From contig CAVVLJ010000017.1 of assembly GCA_963749075.1 (NCBI GenBank), positions 800,001 through 864,000 of the forward strand: a stretch of DNA of 64,000 bases, read 5' to 3'. The translations under genes were made by a program, and so were the position numbers. A model generated the notes under the pieces. The model did no database searches, was not told the origin of the DNA, and saw only the letters and a list, made by a program, of their open reading frames with translations. Below, in pieces: positions 1-8,060 of this stretch. Position 1 is the first letter of the stretch, and each line of letters starts with the position of its first letter. The stretch is from an uncultured Pseudomonadota bacterium. Lineage in GTDB: Bacteria; Pseudomonadota; Alphaproteobacteria; JACZXZ01.

Positions 1-3
1 CCG

Positions 4-849
4 GTGCGCGCGGCGGCGAGGTGCCGGCGGCACTACCGCGTCCTCCTCCTGCTGCCGGCGCTGGTCTTCCTCGCGCTGCTCTTCGCCTATCCGATGCTCG
101 ACATCGTGCTGCGCAGCTTCGCCGGCCCGGCGGGCGCCACGCTCGCCCACTACCGCCAGGTCATAGACCATCCCGCCTACCTCCGCGTCTTCGGCATCAC
201 CTTCGAGATCGCACTGAGCACGACCCTCGTGACGCTCGCGGTCGGCTACCCGCTCGCCTATGTGCTGGCGCGCGCGGGCCGTCTCGCGGCAGGGCTCATC
301 ATGGCCGCGGTGCTGCTCTCGCTCTTCACCAACGTGCTGGTGCGCACCTATGCGTGGATGCTCATCCTGGGGCCGAACGGGGTGCTGAGCCAGGCGCTCC
401 ACGCCGTGGGTCTCGGGCCGGTCAATCTCCTCTACAACCGCACCGGCGTGCTCATCGGCATGAGCTATGCGCTCCTCCCCTACATGGTGCTGACGCTCTA
501 TAGCGTCATGCGCGGCATCGACCGCAGCTATCTCAAGGCGGCGCTCAACCTCGGCGCCAGCGAGTGGCGGGCCTTCCGCTCGGTCTTCCTGCCCTTGAGC
601 CTGCCCGGCGTCGTCGGCGGGGCGCTCCTCGTCTTCGTGCTCGCCGTCGGCTATTTCATCACGCCGCGGCTCATGGGAGGTGCCGGCGACCAGATGATCG
701 CCATGGTGATCGAGCAGCAGGTCGAGCTCGGCTTCAACTGGAGCTTCGCCTCAGCACTCGCCCTCATCCTCCTCGTCCTCACCACGGCCGGCTTCGTGCT
801 CTACGACCGGCTCGTGGGGCTGCGCGGCCTCTTCGAGAGCAAGCTCTGA
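4..849 (+). CDS. ABC transporter permease (PotB-like, polyamine/opine family)
   Basis: Multiple TM segments, LLYNRTGV and EAA-like loop (KAALNLGASEWRAF); stop overlaps the next ATG (TGATG). Confidence 0.88.
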   Translation: MRAAARCRRHYRVLLLLPALVFLALLFAYPMLDIVLRSFAGPAGATLAHYRQVIDHPAYLRVFGITFEIALSTTLVTLAVGYPLAYVLARAGRLAAGLIMAAVLLSLFTNVLVRTYAWMLILGPNGVLSQALHAVGLGPVNLLYNRTGVLIGMSYALLPYMVLTLYSVMRGIDRSYLKAALNLGASEWRAFRSVFLPLSLPGVVGGALLVFVLAVGYFITPRLMGGAGDQMIAMVIEQQVELGFNWSFASALALILLVLTTAGFVLYDRLVGLRGLFESKL

Positions 850-1661
850 TGACGACCGCCGCCGCCGCCGCGCACGACCTCCTCCGCGCCGCGCGCGGTG
901 CTGCACTCTGGCTCGCGGCAGGGGCGGCGCTCTTCTTCCTCCTCATGCCGATCGCCCTCATCCTGCTGCTCTCCTTCAGCGCCTCGCGCTATCTGCAATT
1001 CCCGCCGCCGGCCTATTCCCTCGTGTGGTACCGGCAGTTCTTCGGCGACCCGCAATGGATGACGTCGCTCTGGCTGAGCCTCAGAGTGTCGGGCATGTGC
1101 ACGGCGCTCGCACTCCTTTTGGGCGTGCTGGCGTCGGTCGCCCTCGTGCGCGAGAAGTTCCCCGCCAAGGCGGCCGTCTATGCCGTCATCCTCGCACCCC
1201 TCATCGTGCCGGGCATCATCATCGCCATCGCCGTCTATTTCCTCTTCGCGCGCCTCCACATGATCGGCAGCCCCTTCGCCATGGCGCTCGGGCAGGCGGT
1301 GATCACGCTGCCGCTCGTGGTGGTGATCGTCTCGGCGACGCTGCAAGGCTTCGACGAGCGCCTCGAGCAGGCGGCCTTGGCACTCGGTGCCACGCCCGCG
1401 CGCGCCTTCCTCCAGGTGACGCTGCCGATCATCGCCCCGGGTATCGTCTCGGCAGCACTCTTCGCCTTCCTCGCCTCCTTCGACGAGCTCCTGATCCCGC
1501 TCTTCCTCGCCGATCCCACCACCATGACGCTGCCGGTGCGCATCTGGACCAACGTCATCATGACGATCGACCCCACGATCACCGCGGTGAGCTCGGTCCT
1601 GATCGCAGGCGCGGTCGCGGTGCTGGGCGCGTCAAGCCTGCTGCGGCGCGGGCACCCCTAG
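849..1661 (+). CDS. ABC transporter permease (PotC-like)
   Basis: ATG at 849 coupled to the upstream stop; EAA motif EQAALALGA, SFDE and TLPVRIW motifs. Confidence 0.88.
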   Translation: MTTAAAAAHDLLRAARGAALWLAAGAALFFLLMPIALILLLSFSASRYLQFPPPAYSLVWYRQFFGDPQWMTSLWLSLRVSGMCTALALLLGVLASVALVREKFPAKAAVYAVILAPLIVPGIIIAIAVYFLFARLHMIGSPFAMALGQAVITLPLVVVIVSATLQGFDERLEQAALALGATPARAFLQVTLPIIAPGIVSAALFAFLASFDELLIPLFLADPTTMTLPVRIWTNVIMTIDPTITAVSSVLIAGAVAVLGASSLLRRGHP

Positions 1662-1848
1662 CGCTCACCGTCTCCGAGCCGCAAATCACCGCGCCCCATC
1701 CTCCGCTTGAAGGGACTATCTTGGCGTCACGCGGTATATTTCCTCGCCCCGCTTGAGAGCGGATATACCGGCCTCGCGTAGCTCCAACCCGGTTAATGCC
1801 GCGAGCTTCCGCTGCCAATCCGGAAGCGGCCATTCTCTGCCGAACGTC
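1141..1848 (+). repeat. Imperfect direct repeat, copy 1 (3' part of potC-like gene plus downstream intergenic DNA)
   Basis: CCCTCGTGCGCGAGAAGTTCCCCGCCAAGG... recurs at 6225 onward. Confidence 0.9.
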
Positions 1849-1870
1849 GCAGAGGTGCCCAATGCAGCTC
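1805..1870. repeat. Paired short-hairpin element (TCCG...CGG type), degenerate
   Basis: GCTTCCG-CTGCCAATC-CGGAAGC inverted repeat followed by GTCGCAGAGGTGCC; paralogous to 6611-6685. Confidence 0.5.
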
Positions 1871-1989
1871 GCGGGCGACGCCTAGCGCGGACTCCGAACT
1901 TCGCAGGCATGCGCGGTCCGCGTCGCCGGCCTCCGATCTCTACGTTCACGGAACTGCCGCTTCCGCTTCTGGTGCTCGTGACCGAGCCG

Positions 1990-4704
1990 TCACACGACGA
2001 ACGCGCACTGCTCCTGGGGTGTGCGGGTATCCATGTTCCGCCCGCGGTTCAGGTGGTCATCGATCTCCGCGGCAGCGCCGATCATGCGGCCGTAAAGGAA
2101 CACGTTGAAGGCGGCCGTCTCCAGGTCCTTCTCGTCGAGCGCGCCCGAGCGATAGTCCTTCCACAGGATCGCGAGAAGCAGCGCGGCAATGACGGCATCG
2201 ACATTGACGCAGAAGACGTACCGCGAAGCGCCGGCGTCATAGAGCGCCTGCACGAGCTCGCGGTAGAAGGCGTGGAAGACATTGTAGTCCCCGCGCTTTT
2301 CCATGAACGCCGCAATGAAGCGCTCGCGCGGATCGTAGTTGACCGGCTTGCCCTTGAAGATCGGGTGATGGACCCCCGGCAGCGCGCGCGGCCCCTCGAA
2401 GCCGGATTCCTTGGATTGAGACTTCTCGTCTCTGTAGGCATCGGCGAACCTCATGGCCATCGCCTTGAGATCCAGGCCGTGCCCGCGGTCGCTTGGGTTC
2501 TCGAGGTCGATGCCCTTGAACTGCTCCAGGAGAAAGGCCATGCCCTCGAATCCGTTGCCCCCGTGGCTGTAGCCGCTGTGCGTGAGGAACCCGACCATCG
2601 CCTTGTTGATCTGTACCCGACCCGGCGTCTGCGGCCCGTCCGCCGCGACGGCCCCCTTGGCGCCCTGAGCCGTGATCGAACCCGGGCCGTTCGAGATCAG
2701 CAAGCCGATGAGGATTTGCAGCGGCAGCCCCTCCACCTCGGTCGGCCTCTTGCCGGTCAATGCGAGGAAGAGGAATTCCGCCATCGTCCACCGGCCGAAG
2801 CGCTCGTCGCGCGGGATGCCGCGAAGACTGCCATGCTGGTGATACTTGCCGGGGATCGAGGCGCCGATCATCACGCCGTAGAGTCGCAGATACCACGGGA
2901 GCGTCTCCGCGGTGAGCCGCGAGATGCGCTTGCGCATCAACGGTCCCCAGGCGATCGTCGTGGCGATGGCAGCCAGGATCGCGTCGCGCGAGAGCCGTCC
3001 ATCCAGCCGCTCCAGAAACTTGAGAAACAGCGATTTGCCGCCGCGCTCGCGGACGGCCTTGAGCATGGCCTCGGGACGCGGGTCGTCCGCCTCGGCGGCC
3101 GTGGCGAGGAACAGCGTGCGGGTCTTCTCGTCGACCGCGATCGCGCTGAAGTCCGCGCCCTCGTCATGAGAATCGAGCAGCCCGGAGTGCGCGAAGAGGT
3201 CGATGAGCCGCTTCGAGCAGGAGAGCGCGCGCTCGACGCGCTTCGGACCGACGAGCGCCGCTGCGGCCGCCATCACCGTGTTCGGCGAGTTTCCCGCCTC
3301 GCGCGCCGCGTCCGCCGCGGCCAGCGCCGCGTCGCCGACGAGGTTGATCTCCGCCGCGACCGCTATATCGAGCATGGCCCGATCGTTCTCCGAGGCGATC
3401 TCGTGCACCAGCGGCAGCGCGAAATTCGCTTCGAGCGGCAAGAGCGCGAGATCGAGCACGGAATGGCCATGGACGCTCGTCACCTGCGTTCGCGGATCCA
3501 TGACCGTGGCGCCGGACTTGTCCTTCATGGTCTGGCGCGGGACGACGGCGCCGATCTGCTCGCCGAGCGCCTTGATTTGGCCGTTGTACGGCGCCACGGC
3601 CTCGACCGTTTTGAGGACGAGCGCCTGCGGCAGTCTCAGGCCCTGGTCATTGGCGATCCACGGCTTGAGCAAAAGGCTGCCGCGCCGCGGGAAATCCGGC
3701 CTCACCCCGTTGAGCTCCATCACGGCGCTCAGCGCAAGCGGGATATGCGCGATGTTGGTCACGACCGCGCCTTTCGCGGAGACGACCGGCGTCTCGGGCG
3801 TGAACAGTTCAGCCACGCCGAACGCCTCCATGAACCAGCGCTCCTTGTCCTCGGCCCTGTCGCCGGAGCCCGCCATGGCACCGGCATGTCCCACGGCTCG
3901 CGTGAGCTTGGATTTCCACCGGCCGACGATGCAGGCGACGACCGGCTTATGGAAGTCGACGCCGCGCTCGTAATAGCCGCCGGGCTCGGCATAGAGAACG
4001 GCCGCCTTGCTGCGCGGGTCGTTCTTGAGCGCGTGGGCAAAGTCGCGCGCGGCATAGTGGATGTAGACGTCCTTGCCGGAGGAGACGAGCGTCGTGGTGC
4101 CCCAGCCCTCGGTTCCGAGATACTGGGCAATGGTGGTGGTGAAGCCGCCGGAGTTGGAGAAGATCGCGACCGAGCCTTTGAGCAGGACCTCCTCGGGATT
4201 GTCGCCGCCGAGCGCGCCGCCGAGCCGCACGCGGTTCCAGGAATCGGCCACGCCGAGGCAGTTGGCGCCGAAGATGTCGATGCCGTTGGCCTGGCCGAAC
4301 GCCCGGATCTCGCGGGCATCGTGCACCGAGATCTTCTCGGTGATCATGATGATCTTCTCGAGATCCGGATTCACCCGGATCAGTTCGGCAACGCCGTCGC
4401 GGACGCCCGGCGGCGGCAGGTAGACGACGCCGGTGTTGAAAGAGCGCCCGTCGTCCAGCCCTTCGCGGACGTTGTTGTAGACGGGAATGTCGCCGGCCGG
4501 CGTCGGCAGCACCTGCCCGCGCCGGCCAGGCGACGTCCCGAAGGCGACGTTGCCGCCGGAAAATGCGTGGCTGACCGGCGTCACCTGGCGGGACTCGCCG
4601 CCCAGGATATTGAGAACGCAAACGCGATCGTCGCGCGTGGCCACCTTGTCGAGCGCGTCGATGCCGAGATAGTAGGGGAAGCCCTCGATGCCTCTTTTGA
4701 ACAT
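1990..4704 (-). CDS. ATP-citrate lyase alpha-like protein (CoA-binding/SCS-alpha domains plus extended citryl-CoA-lyase-like C-terminus)
   Basis: GANCLG, SNSGG, phospho-His motif GHAGA; C-terminal HGGNG, PGVHHP and NVDA motifs of the citrate-synthase/CCL fold. Confidence 0.8.
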   Translation of the reverse strand: MFKRGIEGFPYYLGIDALDKVATRDDRVCVLNILGGESRQVTPVSHAFSGGNVAFGTSPGRRGQVLPTPAGDIPVYNNVREGLDDGRSFNTGVVYLPPPGVRDGVAELIRVNPDLEKIIMITEKISVHDAREIRAFGQANGIDIFGANCLGVADSWNRVRLGGALGGDNPEEVLLKGSVAIFSNSGGFTTTIAQYLGTEGWGTTTLVSSGKDVYIHYAARDFAHALKNDPRSKAAVLYAEPGGYYERGVDFHKPVVACIVGRWKSKLTRAVGHAGAMAGSGDRAEDKERWFMEAFGVAELFTPETPVVSAKGAVVTNIAHIPLALSAVMELNGVRPDFPRRGSLLLKPWIANDQGLRLPQALVLKTVEAVAPYNGQIKALGEQIGAVVPRQTMKDKSGATVMDPRTQVTSVHGHSVLDLALLPLEANFALPLVHEIASENDRAMLDIAVAAEINLVGDAALAAADAAREAGNSPNTVMAAAAALVGPKRVERALSCSKRLIDLFAHSGLLDSHDEGADFSAIAVDEKTRTLFLATAAEADDPRPEAMLKAVRERGGKSLFLKFLERLDGRLSRDAILAAIATTIAWGPLMRKRISRLTAETLPWYLRLYGVMIGASIPGKYHQHGSLRGIPRDERFGRWTMAEFLFLALTGKRPTEVEGLPLQILIGLLISNGPGSITAQGAKGAVAADGPQTPGRVQINKAMVGFLTHSGYSHGGNGFEGMAFLLEQFKGIDLENPSDRGHGLDLKAMAMRFADAYRDEKSQSKESGFEGPRALPGVHHPIFKGKPVNYDPRERFIAAFMEKRGDYNVFHAFYRELVQALYDAGASRYVFCVNVDAVIAALLLAILWKDYRSGALDEKDLETAAFNVFLYGRMIGAAAEIDDHLNRGRNMDTRTPQEQCAFVV

Positions 4705-4730
4705 GCGCCGGCCCTATCGCAAGCTAGCCA

Positions 4731-6011
4731 TCAAGCCGCACCCTTCAAACCGAGGTGAGCCGCAATCTCAGCCCGGCCGCCGCTCCTCATCCATTCGTCG
4801 ATCTTCTTGGCGTAGTTGACGACCTCCGAGATCGCGCTGTCGAAACCGAAGAAGCGGTAGGGAAGATTGAGGGAATCGCAGGTTTCCGAAAGCGCGCCCA
4901 TCCCGCGCACGAGGTTGGGTCCTCCGCGGCCAACCACGACGTAGAGCGGGGTCGCGCCATGGCTGCTGAAATGCTCGCGCAGGGCGTCGCCCATGGCGCG
5001 GAAGGTCTCGTAGATGTCGGTATTGTTCGACTTGCCGCCGATGATGAACAGCACGTTGGCCTGTTTGAGCCAGTGCTTGTAGCAGATGCGCGCGACCGCC
5101 TTCATCTTCTCGTACGGCGGATTGCCGCCGAAGTCCGACGAGATGATCGCCGCCTCGCCCAGAACCTCCGTCACCAACGAATTCGCGCCGCCGCCGAAGG
5201 TCGGTGCCAAGATCGTTCCTTTGTCGTTGATGACGAAGACGTCCGACTGTCCCTGGTGCGTACGCAGCTGGTTCACCTCATGCTCGAAGTCCGACGTGTC
5301 CGCCGTGAACAGGTGATCCGGAAGTCCCAGGCGCTGCCAGCGCGGATCGTCGCGATCGAAGCCGCACTTGAAATCGCAGGCGACCGGGGTCAGCCGTCCC
5401 TCGCGGCCCGGGCGCATGCGGATCGGATTGAGTTCCAGCGTGGTCATCCCGTAGTGATGCATCAGCTCCCACAGTTTCGGAAGGTGCTGGACCAGCGGCG
5501 AGATGATCTCCTTCGGCGCGCCGATATCGCTCAGCGCGTTGGCGACGACGAAGGCCTTCAAGCCGGTCAAGGCCTCGAAGGGCACTTGCGCGATCTCCTT
5601 CTTGTCGAGCTCCTCGATGTCGACGCCGCCCCGGTGCGTCAGCGTCATCGTCGGCGCGCGGAACTCCGTCGCATCGGTGATGGCGAAATAGACCTCATGC
5701 TCCGCCGGCACGCCGCTCTCGAAGGTGACGCCGTTGGACTTTGCAACGACATTCCCGTGCCGGTGCTCGGCGAAATACAGCCGCTCCTTCTCCTTGAGCG
5801 CCGTCTTGAGATCGGCCGCCTTGCCGATCAGGCCGGCTTTGCCCTTCTTGCCGATGCCGCCGCGGAACAGCGGCTTGATGAAAATGAGCTTGTGTCGATC
5901 GATCAGTCCCTGGATCTCGTCTTCACTGGCGCCCGGACCCAGGATCTCGGCCGCCGGAAACTCGACGTGTTCGAGCAGGCGGGCACCATAGAGCATTCCC
6001 GTGATCTGCAC
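4731..6011 (-). CDS. ATP-citrate lyase beta-like ATP-grasp subunit
   Basis: KP..GGIGKKGKAG, LELNP, FGGGA, GGNP and RGGPN motifs of SCS-beta/AclB; GTG start inferred. Confidence 0.8.
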   Translation of the reverse strand: MQITGMLYGARLLEHVEFPAAEILGPGASEDEIQGLIDRHKLIFIKPLFRGGIGKKGKAGLIGKAADLKTALKEKERLYFAEHRHGNVVAKSNGVTFESGVPAEHEVYFAITDATEFRAPTMTLTHRGGVDIEELDKKEIAQVPFEALTGLKAFVVANALSDIGAPKEIISPLVQHLPKLWELMHHYGMTTLELNPIRMRPGREGRLTPVACDFKCGFDRDDPRWQRLGLPDHLFTADTSDFEHEVNQLRTHQGQSDVFVINDKGTILAPTFGGGANSLVTEVLGEAAIISSDFGGNPPYEKMKAVARICYKHWLKQANVLFIIGGKSNNTDIYETFRAMGDALREHFSSHGATPLYVVVGRGGPNLVRGMGALSETCDSLNLPYRFFGFDSAISEVVNYAKKIDEWMRSGGRAEIAAHLGLKGAA

Positions 6012-6224
6012 CCCAGCCTCCAAGTCGTCGCTAGTCTGCCACGAAGCCGCGCGGCTCTAAGTTCAGGGGATCGTAAAGTCCCCGGTCTCAATTCAACGAG
6101 GATATCCGTCGGGATCGAGAGCCACAAGGCCCGCAAGCTCTCTTGTCGCCTTGAGATGCTCCATGATGATCTGGCAGTTACCCCCGGCCAGCGCGCGTGC
6201 ACCTCGACGCGCGCCCGGCGGCCT

Positions 6225-6660
6225 CCCTCGTGCGCGAGAAGTTCCCCGCCAAGGCGGCCGTCTATGCCGTCATCCTGGCACCTCTCATCGTGCCGGGCAT
6301 CATCATCGCCATCGCCGTCTATTTCCTCTTCGCGCGCCTCCACATGATCGGCAGCCCCTTCGCCATGGCGCTCGGGCAGGCGGTGATCGCGCTGCCGCTC
6401 GTGGTGGTGATCGTCTCGGCGACCCTCCAAGGCTTCGACGAGTGCCTCGAGCAGGCGGCCGTCGTGCCGGGTGCTGGGCGCGTCAAACCTGCTGCGGCGC
6501 GCGCGCCCCTCGTGCTCGCCGTCTCCGAGCCGCAAATCACCGCACCCCATCCACCGCCCGAGAGCGGATATACGCGGCCTCGCGTAGGTCCAACCCGGTT
6601 AATGCCGCGAGCTTCCGCTTCCGGTCCGGAAGCGGCCATTCTTTACGCATCGCCGAACGT
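6225..6660 (+). pseudogene. Degenerate duplicate of the potC-like 3' end and downstream DNA (direct repeat copy 2)
   Basis: Near-identical to 1141-1376, then jumps to ~1619; also lacks ~1708-1755, which lies between two CCGCTTGA microhomologies in copy 1. Confidence 0.85.
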
Positions 6661-6685
6661 CCCGGGCGTGCCAGTAGCAGACATC
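6611..6685. repeat. Paired short-hairpin element
   Basis: Perfect CCGCTTCCGG-T-CCGGAAGCGG inverted repeat (6615-6635), then GTCCCGGGCGTGCCAGTAGCAGAC. Confidence 0.55.
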
Positions 6686-6718
6686 GGGCCATTGGCCATG
6701 AGGGTTCGTCGTTCGGCG

Positions 6719-6780
6719 CTATCCAGTACCGAAATCATCGATGGCGATGCGCATCCCGGTTGCACGAATTAGGGGCACAT
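6719..6780 (-). pseudogene. EAL phosphodiesterase domain remnant
   Basis: Translates ...GMRIAIDDFGTG followed by TAG where Tyr of the EAL motif DDFGTGYS is expected. Confidence 0.6.
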
Positions 6781-6859
6781 CGCTGCGCTTTTCCATGAGT
6801 AAGAACTCGATCAATGGGTTTTGGTAATATCTCCCCAAAGGAGGGGGGAACTCAGGATC

Positions 6860-7632
6860 ATGGAGCGCCCACCGGAGCCGGCCGCCTTCCTTCGATCGGT
6901 CACATTCGATGTGCGGCGCGGCTTGTTTCTGGAAGCCATTGCCGCCAGCATCCGAATTCAGGGGCTGTGCATCCTCAAAAATGTCCTGACCCCGGATGGA
7001 CCGCTGAAAATTCACGACCGCTTTAACGGCTGGTACGAGAGCGCCAAGGATGACAATGGCGACGGCAAGAACGACCGGGTGCTTCAATCCGCCTTGACGC
7101 TGCCTAATATCCCCGGGCTCGCGGATACATTCATCTCATTTCTCGCCGCCAGCCGCTTCCCCGACATCGGCCGCCATTATTTCTCCTGCACGACGGGCAA
7201 CCTTGTCATTCCCGAAAACCATGTCCTGCTGCGCGTCCTCAGCGACTATACCCATTCGCTACTCGTCCGTCGTTCGACCCGGCGGCATAATTTCCATCTC
7301 GACTACCCGTTAATCCCCATAGTTTCCCGATGAATGTATGGATTCCGCTGACGAAAATCGACCAGGACTGCCGCGGGCTTTCTTTCCTGTTACCCTACAC
7401 CGAAAAGATTTACGATCTGCCGCTGGATATCGACGGCATCATGGCGGCCACTAATGGCTATGTCGTCACGCCGGAAGCAGAGGTCGGCGATATGTTCCTA
7501 TTTACCCATAAGACGCTGCATGGGGTGTTCTTCACACCGAAAAAGATAAGGCCGCGCCTCAGCATAGAGTTCCGCGTTGGCCCCTCCCATATGCTCCCCA
7601 AAGATTATAGCGACGTGCTCTACCGCCTTTAG
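6860..7632 (+). pseudogene. PhyH-like Fe(II)/2-oxoglutarate dioxygenase split by a frameshift near 7315-7330
   Basis: HLD (HxD) in the first frame; NVWIPL, GDMFLF..HKTLHG and RLSIEFR in the second; one extra C in the CCCC run would fuse them; lower GC than flanks. Confidence 0.65.
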
Positions 7633-7700
7633 CTTCACGCAGCTTTGGCTGCGATCCAGCCCGGGTTAGGAATGCGAGCACCACGAGCACGAGCAGCGAA

Positions 7701-7765
7701 GGGCCATGGAAGCTAAGATCAGCGACCACGTATGGACCTGCGAAGAAATTGCGGCGTTGGCAGAC
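7701..7765 (+). mobile_element. IS1-family transposase C-terminal remnant
   Basis: Translates AMEAKISDHVWTCEEIAALAD, resembling the PAMAAG.TDHVWS.EEI tail of IS1-family transposases. Confidence 0.45.
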
Positions 7766-7827
7766 GCTTCAAGGGGGAACGGATCAAAATGATACACTAC
7801 CGGCCGCAATGCCCGCGAGCGGTCGAT

Positions 7828-7900
7828 GGTCCGAGAAGGGTCAGGGACGGCCGAAGCGGAATGCCCGCGCTTGGTCCGATCAGCCCCCCGCAACGGACCT
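7828..7900 (+). repeat. Paired-hairpin repeat, uninterrupted twin of the group II intron target site
   Basis: GGTCCGAGAAGGGT^CAGGGACGGCCG...AATGCC...GGTCCG...CAACGGACCT aligns with the rejoined flanks of the intron. Confidence 0.7.
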
Positions 7901-8060
7901 TCTGTGGCGTGCGCGCCCCCCCGGCCCTCGGTCGAACGTCGCCGGAGCGACCCCCACTGGGCCGGCACCCCCTAAATCCCAACGGGTCCTCCGGGATGGC
8001 GTACGGATCGTATTCCGCGTACCCGATGAGCATCCCCTCGACATGGGTCCGCTTCGTGCC

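Noticed and set aside
1753-4758. 1001-aa plus-strand ORF, and similar long ORFs at 26641-28971, 29151-32369, 33618-37823, 41665-44241 and 55954-58707
   Set aside because: Antisense or off-frame shadows of clear genes; high GC suppresses stop codons and the translations have no recognisable motifs.
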